DNA of 64,000 nucleotides from Candidatus Omnitrophota bacterium (GTDB lineage Bacteria; Omnitrophota; Gorgyraeia; Aquiviventales; Aquiviventaceae): NCBI GenBank assembly GCA_023247255.1, contig JAHFGV010000005.1, positions 6,067 to 70,066 of the forward strand, read 5' to 3'. Shown piece by piece: positions 58,691 to 64,000 of this stretch (position 1 is its first letter; each line of letters starts with the position of its first letter). The notes under the pieces were generated by a model. It saw only the letters and a program-made list of their open reading frames with translations, ran no database searches and was not told where the DNA came from. The position numbers and the translations under genes were made by a program.

Positions 58691-59172
58691 TGGCGCTCGT
58701 GGTGAGTATCTATGGCCCGTCAGGCAGCGGTAAGACGACGCTGATCGAACGTTTGATCCCTCGGCTTGTGGCACGTGGCCTCAAGATCGGTGTGATCAAG
58801 CATACTCACCACGGCCTTACGGTGGATCCTCAAGGGAAGGATAGCTGGCGAATATGGCAGGCTGGCGCGCAGGCGGTGCTTCTGGCTGCGCCACAGGAAA
58901 TTCTACTGAGGCAGCGGAGTTCGGAACCTTCCTTTGGCAGCGCACTGGCACTGATGCCCGGTGATCTGGATTGCATTTTTGTCGAGGGGTTTGCAGGTGA
59001 CACCACAGCACCGCAAGCGAATGTGCAATTACGGCTGGCCGTTTCTCATGAGGGTGTGTGGCTCAACGGGAGGCAGCGATCTCGCGATGATCTTGCCGCT
59101 GTTGAAGAAGCCATCATTGAGTTGATGAAGGGTTCTACGGGTGCCGACCTGATCAGAATGATGCAGGGATGA
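58690..59172 (+). CDS. mobB: molybdopterin-guanine dinucleotide biosynthesis adapter MobB
   Basis: P-loop GPSGSGKTTL. 160 aa. Confidence 0.75.
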   Translation: MALVVSIYGPSGSGKTTLIERLIPRLVARGLKIGVIKHTHHGLTVDPQGKDSWRIWQAGAQAVLLAAPQEILLRQRSSEPSFGSALALMPGDLDCIFVEGFAGDTTAPQANVQLRLAVSHEGVWLNGRQRSRDDLAAVEEAIIELMKGSTGADLIRMMQG

Positions 59173-59441
59173 CCGTTTCGAGCATAGCAGTCCAAATGTC
59201 CGTCCGAGTTCTGTCGTTTGCCCAGTTACGGGGGCTGTTTGGAGCCGACGAGCTGGTCGTGTCCCTGCCGGGTGGATCGACTGGTCGGGACGTGATGAGA
59301 TGGTTTGTCCAACGCAACCCTAAGGTGGAAGATTTGCTTTCGGTTTCGCGGCTGGCGGTCAACGGTGAGTACGTGTCGTTGGAGCAGGTATTGAAGGATC
59401 GGGATGAGGTCGTGATCATCCCTCCGGTGAGCGGAGGCTGA
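59169..59441 (+). CDS. moaD: molybdopterin synthase sulfur carrier subunit MoaD
   Basis: 90 aa, ubiquitin-like, ending in the GG dipeptide. Confidence 0.7.
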   Translation: MTVSSIAVQMSVRVLSFAQLRGLFGADELVVSLPGGSTGRDVMRWFVQRNPKVEDLLSVSRLAVNGEYVSLEQVLKDRDEVVIIPPVSGG

Positions 59442-59443
59442 CG

Positions 59444-59872
59444 ATGGCCTTTTTGACGCATGACCCCATTTCAGTGACCGAGTGGCACGACATTACTGTT
59501 GATCAGCGCAACGGTGCCTCTGTGGAGTTTCTGGGGATTGTGCGCGGACACGAGGGGAATCGAGCGATCGTCTATCTCGAGTATGAGGCGTATGAGCCGA
59601 TGGCAGAGCGGCTCATCGCCCAGTTTGTTAAGGAAGCTAAAACGCGCTGGCCTCTTCACCAGGTCTACGCGCGTCATCGCTTGGGCCGAGTGGATGTGGG
59701 AGAGATTGCCGTGCTGATCGGCGTCCAGGCGCCACACCGGGACCAAGTGTTTGAAGCGTGCCGCTTCCTCATCGACGCCATCAAACGTGATGCGCCGATC
59801 TGGAAGATAGCCTATGACGCAACCGGCGAAGTCGCCCAGGAATACCATGTCTACGAAGGCCGAAATCACTGA
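59444..59872 (+). CDS. moaE: molybdopterin synthase catalytic subunit MoaE
   Basis: 142 aa, MoaE-like (EFLGIVRGHEGNRAIVYLEYEAYEPMAE). Confidence 0.8.
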   Translation: MAFLTHDPISVTEWHDITVDQRNGASVEFLGIVRGHEGNRAIVYLEYEAYEPMAERLIAQFVKEAKTRWPLHQVYARHRLGRVDVGEIAVLIGVQAPHRDQVFEACRFLIDAIKRDAPIWKIAYDATGEVAQEYHVYEGRNH

Positions 59873-60644
59873 CACAATCGCACACCCAGCGCCTGCAACA
59901 TTAGCAGAAGATCGACTACTTTCAACTGAAGATCGTAAGCTCTCGATCCTTGGGCACCTCGAAGAACTCAGGCGGCGTCTGTGGGTCTGCCTGCTCGCCG
60001 TCGCTGGGGCGTCGGCGGTGAGCTTCACATGGGTCGGGCAACTCATCGAGTGGCTGAAACGGCCGGCTGGTGCGGCATTGCCAAAGCTGGCGTTCTTCAG
60101 CCCTCCTGAGGCGCTCCTCGCCTACATGAAGGTGGCTGTGACGGCGGGGCTGTTCCTTTGCATGCCGGTCGTGCTCTATGAGCTGTGGGCTTTTGTGAAA
60201 CCTGGCCTGAGCCGTCAGGAGGGCCGCTACGGCGTGGCGTTTGTCTGGTGGGGCAGCGTGCTCTTTCTGGCAGGTGGTGCCTTTGCCTATTGGGTACTCC
60301 TGCCTGTATCGCTGAAGTTCCTGCTCGGCTTTGGCGGGGGGACCCTTGAGCCGATCATCTCGATCAGCAAGTACCTGTCGTTCACCGTGGCGGTCATTCT
60401 GGCCTGTGGGATGGTGTTCCAGCTTCCGCTATTGATCTTCCTGCTGGCGAAACTGGATCTGGTGAAGCCGCGCACGCTCCGGAGCAAGTGGCGCCATGCC
60501 GTGGTGGCGATGGTGGTTGCCGCAGCCCTGCTGACGCCGACCACCGATGTTGCCACGATGCTGCTGCTGGTCGTGCCGATGCTCGCACTCTACGAAGTCT
60601 CAATCTGGATCGCGGGCGTTGCAACACCCAAAGGACGGATGTAA
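59847..60644 (+). CDS. tatC: twin-arginine translocase subunit TatC
   Basis: Six-TM TatC-like (LEELRRRLWVCLLAV ... LLTPTTDVATMLLLVVPMLALYEVSIWI). An alternative ATG lies at 59814. Confidence 0.85.
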   Translation: MSTKAEITDTIAHPAPATLAEDRLLSTEDRKLSILGHLEELRRRLWVCLLAVAGASAVSFTWVGQLIEWLKRPAGAALPKLAFFSPPEALLAYMKVAVTAGLFLCMPVVLYELWAFVKPGLSRQEGRYGVAFVWWGSVLFLAGGAFAYWVLLPVSLKFLLGFGGGTLEPIISISKYLSFTVAVILACGMVFQLPLLIFLLAKLDLVKPRTLRSKWRHAVVAMVVAAALLTPTTDVATMLLLVVPMLALYEVSIWIAGVATPKGRM

Positions 60645-61435
60645 TGGCAGCCGGAGTGACTGGAATCATCCTGGCAGGGGGTGAGAGCCGGCGCATGGGC
60701 CGGAACAAAGCGTTCCTGCCGTGGGGAGACACCACGCTCATCGAACATCTGCTTGAGCGGCTTAAGCCCGTGACGGATGAGCTGATCGTGGCGGTGAAGG
60801 ATGCGCGGGCGTTCCGGAATCTCAAGGCGAGGGTCGTGGAGGATTGCGTGCCGGATGCGCATGCGCTCGGCGGGCTTTACACCGGTTTGCGGACGGCATC
60901 GCATGAGCTGTGCTTCGTGTGTGGATGCGACGCGCCGTTCGTCAGCCCAGGACTGGTGTCTGCGCTGGCCGGACTCAGTGACGGCCATGATCTTGTCATC
61001 CCTCGGAGCCCACGCGGACTCGAGCCGCTTCACGCAGTCTATGCACGCTCATCGTCGCTGCCGGCGATCGAATGGCAACTACGGCGGCAGGTGTGGGATC
61101 TGCTGGTTCTGGTCTCGCGGCTTCGCGTGCGCATCGTGGAAGGCGAGGCGCTTCGGCGGATCGATCCGGCGGGACGCTGCTTCGTGAACCTCAACACCGA
61201 GGCGGACTACGCGATGGCGGAGGCCGTGAGGGTCAGACTTGCGCGGCGCGGGCAAGCAGCGGATGAGAGGTCAGCAGCGCGATCCAGACGCGACGAGCCT
61301 CCCTGCACGCCAGGCGTTTGGCCGCAACCTGTTCCTTCAAGGTCAGCAGGGATGTTTGGGAAGCTTCGGAGAGGGTCTCGCGCAATCGGCGGTACTCCTT
61401 CTCCCAGCGTTCCCATTCGTACAGGGCGGCCTTGA
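60644..61435 (+). CDS. mobA: molybdenum cofactor guanylyltransferase MobA (C-terminal extent uncertain)
   Basis: MAAGVTGIILAGGESRRMGRNKAFLP ... typical MobA N-terminus. The ORF runs about 200 nt into the convergent desaturase gene. The real functional end is probably near 61250. Confidence 0.65.
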   Translation: MAAGVTGIILAGGESRRMGRNKAFLPWGDTTLIEHLLERLKPVTDELIVAVKDARAFRNLKARVVEDCVPDAHALGGLYTGLRTASHELCFVCGCDAPFVSPGLVSALAGLSDGHDLVIPRSPRGLEPLHAVYARSSSLPAIEWQLRRQVWDLLVLVSRLRVRIVEGEALRRIDPAGRCFVNLNTEADYAMAEAVRVRLARRGQAADERSAARSRRDEPPCTPGVWPQPVPSRSAGMFGKLRRGSRAIGGTPSPSVPIRTGRP

Positions 61436-62384
61436 GCGTCGCATACCGCTCACGAACCAGCTCCAGCAAGCGAGGGCCTTCGGTTACACGCTGGCCTCCC
61501 AGGGTCCGCTCAATCCGCTGGTGTTCCGCGGCCGCCTTCGCCGCCAGGATGGCATGCTGGGGTGTCCGGTAGAGCTTCCGTGCAAGGCCGCACCACCTCA
61601 TGGCCGCGATGAGCCATTTGCTGGGATCCCAGTGATACCACCGCACCCCGTTGCGGTAGTCGCTGGCGAAGCGATGGTGGAAGTTGTGGTAGCCTTCGCC
61701 GTTGGTGATGAGCGCCACCAGCCAGTGATCGCGGGCCGTGGCGTCGATGTCATAGGTGGCTCTGCCGAAGACGTGGCAGACGGAATTGATGCACCAGGTG
61801 GAGTGGTGGACGAAGGTGAGCCTCCCCACAACCCCCAAGAGGAAGGCGCCTAAGAGATGATCCGTCGCGGCGCCGATGGCCAGTGGCACCAGCACCCCGG
61901 CGGTGATGGCCCATAACAAGTAGTAGCGGTGCTGATGCATGACCAGGGCGTCGGCCTGGAGGTCCTTGACGTTGCTGTAGTCGGGCGCGGAGCGCCAGAA
62001 CAGGAGCCACCCCCAATGGGCGTGCCAAAAGCCCTGCTTGATGTTGTAGGGATCACGTTCCGTGTCGACATAGCGGTGATGATCGCGATGAAGGGACGAC
62101 CACCACAGGGCTGACTGCTCGAAGGCGGCCGCCCCGAAGAAGAGGTTCAGGAGCGTCACGAGGGGATGGGCCTGGAACGAGCGATGGGCGAACAGACGGT
62201 GGTAGCCGACGGTGATACTGCAGCCCGTCAGGATGACGAACGCTAGAAATAAGCCCCACTCCGCGCGGGAAATGCCGACCCGCATGGCGTACCACGGCAG
62301 CGCGGTGAGGCTTACCAGCAGCAACGTCCCAAAGAAGCAGAGGTTGACCACATTGACTGTTCGAACCATACGAACGGGTGACAT
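61233..62384 (-). CDS. membrane acyl-CoA/acyl-lipid delta-9 desaturase (stearoyl-CoA desaturase family)
   Basis: Histidine boxes HRLFAHRSF, HRDHHRYVDTERDPY and HNFHHRF. N-terminal TM helices. Only convincing minus-strand gene in the window. Confidence 0.8.
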   Translation of the reverse strand: MSPVRMVRTVNVVNLCFFGTLLLVSLTALPWYAMRVGISRAEWGLFLAFVILTGCSITVGYHRLFAHRSFQAHPLVTLLNLFFGAAAFEQSALWWSSLHRDHHRYVDTERDPYNIKQGFWHAHWGWLLFWRSAPDYSNVKDLQADALVMHQHRYYLLWAITAGVLVPLAIGAATDHLLGAFLLGVVGRLTFVHHSTWCINSVCHVFGRATYDIDATARDHWLVALITNGEGYHNFHHRFASDYRNGVRWYHWDPSKWLIAAMRWCGLARKLYRTPQHAILAAKAAAEHQRIERTLGGQRVTEGPRLLELVRERYATLKAALYEWERWEKEYRRLRETLSEASQTSLLTLKEQVAAKRLACREARRVWIALLTSHPLLARAAQV

Positions 62385-62532
62385 CTCTCTGGGGCCTCCG
62401 GCTGTGGGCCTGATCGGCCGTGTGTTGCGCTTGATCCCACATGTTCTCTGGATCCGCGCATGTTGTCCATGATCGCGGTCATGGTCAGGGCCAACGGCGA
62501 TGGAGACAATCTTTCCGAGAGGAGGATCTTAC

Positions 62533-63255
62533 ATGCGTAGAAACGCTTTACTGGTCGTGGGGGTTGCGGTTGGGATGCTCGGTATCCAACCGGCGGATGC
62601 GGCGGAAGGAGAGGGTGTGGGAGGGACGATCGCCGGGCAGGTGCAGTTTGCAGGAACACCGCCGGCCCGCGCGCCGGTGAAGATGAGCGCGGATCCGACC
62701 TGCCAACAGAAACACGCAGAGCCGGTATTGTCAGAGGACGTTATCGTCAACGATAACGGAACGCTCCGCAACGTGTTCGTCTACGTCAAGGAGGGTCTGG
62801 CTGGATCATTTCCACCATCCACCACGCCCGTTGTGCTAGATCAAGATGGTTGCCGCTATCGACCGCGGGTGGTAGGCCTGCAGGTAAGCCAACCGCTGGA
62901 AATCCGCAATAGCGATTCGACGTTGCACAACGTGAACGCCAAACCCAGCACCAACAAGCCCTTCAACCTGGCTCAGCCGGTGCAAGGAATGAAAACCACC
63001 AAAACCTTCAGCTCTCCAGAAGTGATGGTGGAGTTCAGATGCAACGTCCATCCATGGATGCGGGCCTATGTCGGTGTGGTAGCGTACCCTTTCTTCGCGG
63101 TGTCGGATGAGACCGGCGCATTTGGTATCTCCGGCCTGCCGGCGGGGAGCTACACGCTCGAGGCCTGGCACGAGGTCTACGGCACGCAGTCCCAGACGGT
63201 CACGGTGGCGGCGGGCCAGAGTGCGTCTGTCACGTTTTCGTTTTCCGCCAACTAA
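62533..63255 (+). CDS. secreted cupredoxin-like (type 1 copper site) protein with C-terminal carboxypeptidase-regulatory-like beta domain
   Basis: Signal peptide. Candidate T1 Cu ligands: H in STLHNVN and the C-terminal loop CNVHPWM (compare amicyanin CTPHPFM). A PEGA/CarboxypepD_reg-like tail follows (GISGLPAGSYTLEAW). RBS gagaggagg. Confidence 0.45.
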   Translation: MRRNALLVVGVAVGMLGIQPADAAEGEGVGGTIAGQVQFAGTPPARAPVKMSADPTCQQKHAEPVLSEDVIVNDNGTLRNVFVYVKEGLAGSFPPSTTPVVLDQDGCRYRPRVVGLQVSQPLEIRNSDSTLHNVNAKPSTNKPFNLAQPVQGMKTTKTFSSPEVMVEFRCNVHPWMRAYVGVVAYPFFAVSDETGAFGISGLPAGSYTLEAWHEVYGTQSQTVTVAAGQSASVTFSFSAN

Positions 63256-63340
63256 TCTGGGCTGGCGTAGTCAGCCAACCTCAATGATCTCCATCATGGA
63301 AGTCCTGGAGGGATAGTTGTATTATGTGAATTTAGCGTAA

Positions 63341-63988
63341 ATGAGCATGGGGGCGTTTCCGAAAGAGACCGCGCCTCTTGAACAGACGGAGGTACGGCGA
63401 ATCGGTCCGGACCTCTACGCGGAGGCTCTGAACCGATTCCGGACGTTGCTTGAGCGCGCACAGCGCTGCGGCCTGCCGGAACCGACGGCCATAACGCTGG
63501 CAACGACCGATGGCCAGGGATACCCATCGGACCGGACCGTGCTGCTGAAAGCTGTCGATGAGCGAGGCTTCGTGTTCTACACGAGCCTGGCGAGCCGGAA
63601 GGCGCGACAGCTTGCCGCCAATCCACAGGCCGCACTGTGCTTCTTCTGGCAACCCCTCATGGAGCAAGTGCTGGTTGAAGGGGCGGTCGAGCAGGTCTCT
63701 GACGAGGAAGCGGATGCGTATTGGGCGTCCCGGCCACGCACGCACCAGCTTGGCGTCTGGGCGTCGTGGCAGTCCAGTCGGTTAGACGGTCCGAGGACCC
63801 TGGACCTGCGTTGGGTGGAGCAAGCGCTGAGATTCTTGGGGCAGCCGGTGCCGCGGCCCGCCTATTGGAGAGGATTTCGCGTCGTGCCGCACCGTATCGA
63901 GTTCTGGAAACGTCGCGCGGCTCGCTTGCACGAGCGCGTGTACGAACGGCACGAGGCTCAGTGGACCAAAGCGTGGCTTGCTCCATGA
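63341..63988 (+). CDS. pdxH: pyridoxamine 5'-phosphate oxidase
   Basis: LATTDGQGYPSDRTVLLK ... FVFYTSLASRKARQL ... FWQ ... RIEFW, PdxH-like. Confidence 0.8.
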   Translation: MSMGAFPKETAPLEQTEVRRIGPDLYAEALNRFRTLLERAQRCGLPEPTAITLATTDGQGYPSDRTVLLKAVDERGFVFYTSLASRKARQLAANPQAALCFFWQPLMEQVLVEGAVEQVSDEEADAYWASRPRTHQLGVWASWQSSRLDGPRTLDLRWVEQALRFLGQPVPRPAYWRGFRVVPHRIEFWKRRAARLHERVYERHEAQWTKAWLAP

Positions 63989-64000
63989 GGACGATTTATC

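Overview
The window is a 64 kb high-GC (~60%) bacterial chromosomal segment with almost every gene on the + strand. The gene content suggests a Nitrospira-like (Nitrospirota) nitrite oxidiser, but the lineage is an inference. In order it carries: pyrD-pyrF-pyrE; nuoJKLMN; a complete F1Fo ATP synthase operon (atpZ/I-like, atpBEFHAG, atpDC); a tRNA-Asp-associated mobile remnant; and a Crp/Fnr regulator with a hemerythrin gene and hemA. Next comes a dense c-type cytochrome respiratory block: an octaheme cytochrome with an outer-membrane barrel, Rieske and cytochrome b, several multiheme cytochromes (ImcH-like and CbcL-like), and ResB/CcsA. Then feoB with a DtxR-FeoA fusion. Last is a periplasmic nitrite-oxidoreductase-like (NxrA/NarG-type) molybdoenzyme cluster with tatA, a dihaem cytochrome c fused to an NxrC-like domain, nxrA, nxrB, a NarJ-like chaperone, a full molybdopterin cofactor biosynthesis set (moaA, moaC, mogA, moeA, mobB, moaD, moaE, mobA) and tatC. 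Four points stand out. (1) Several palindromic repeat families occupy intergenic gaps inside operons that are normally compact, and one copy is inserted in frame inside pyrD. (2) A RelE/ParE-type toxin-antitoxin pair is inserted inside the atp operon. (3) A porin-cytochrome pair (MtrAB/PioAB-like) with inner-membrane ImcH/CbcL-like cytochromes sits next to a bc complex. (4) The NXR cluster has an unusual layout, including extra ORFs between nxrA and nxrB. Three genes carry apparent frameshifts (transposase, CbcL-like, TauE-like); two are at G homopolymers, so they could be assembly artefacts.
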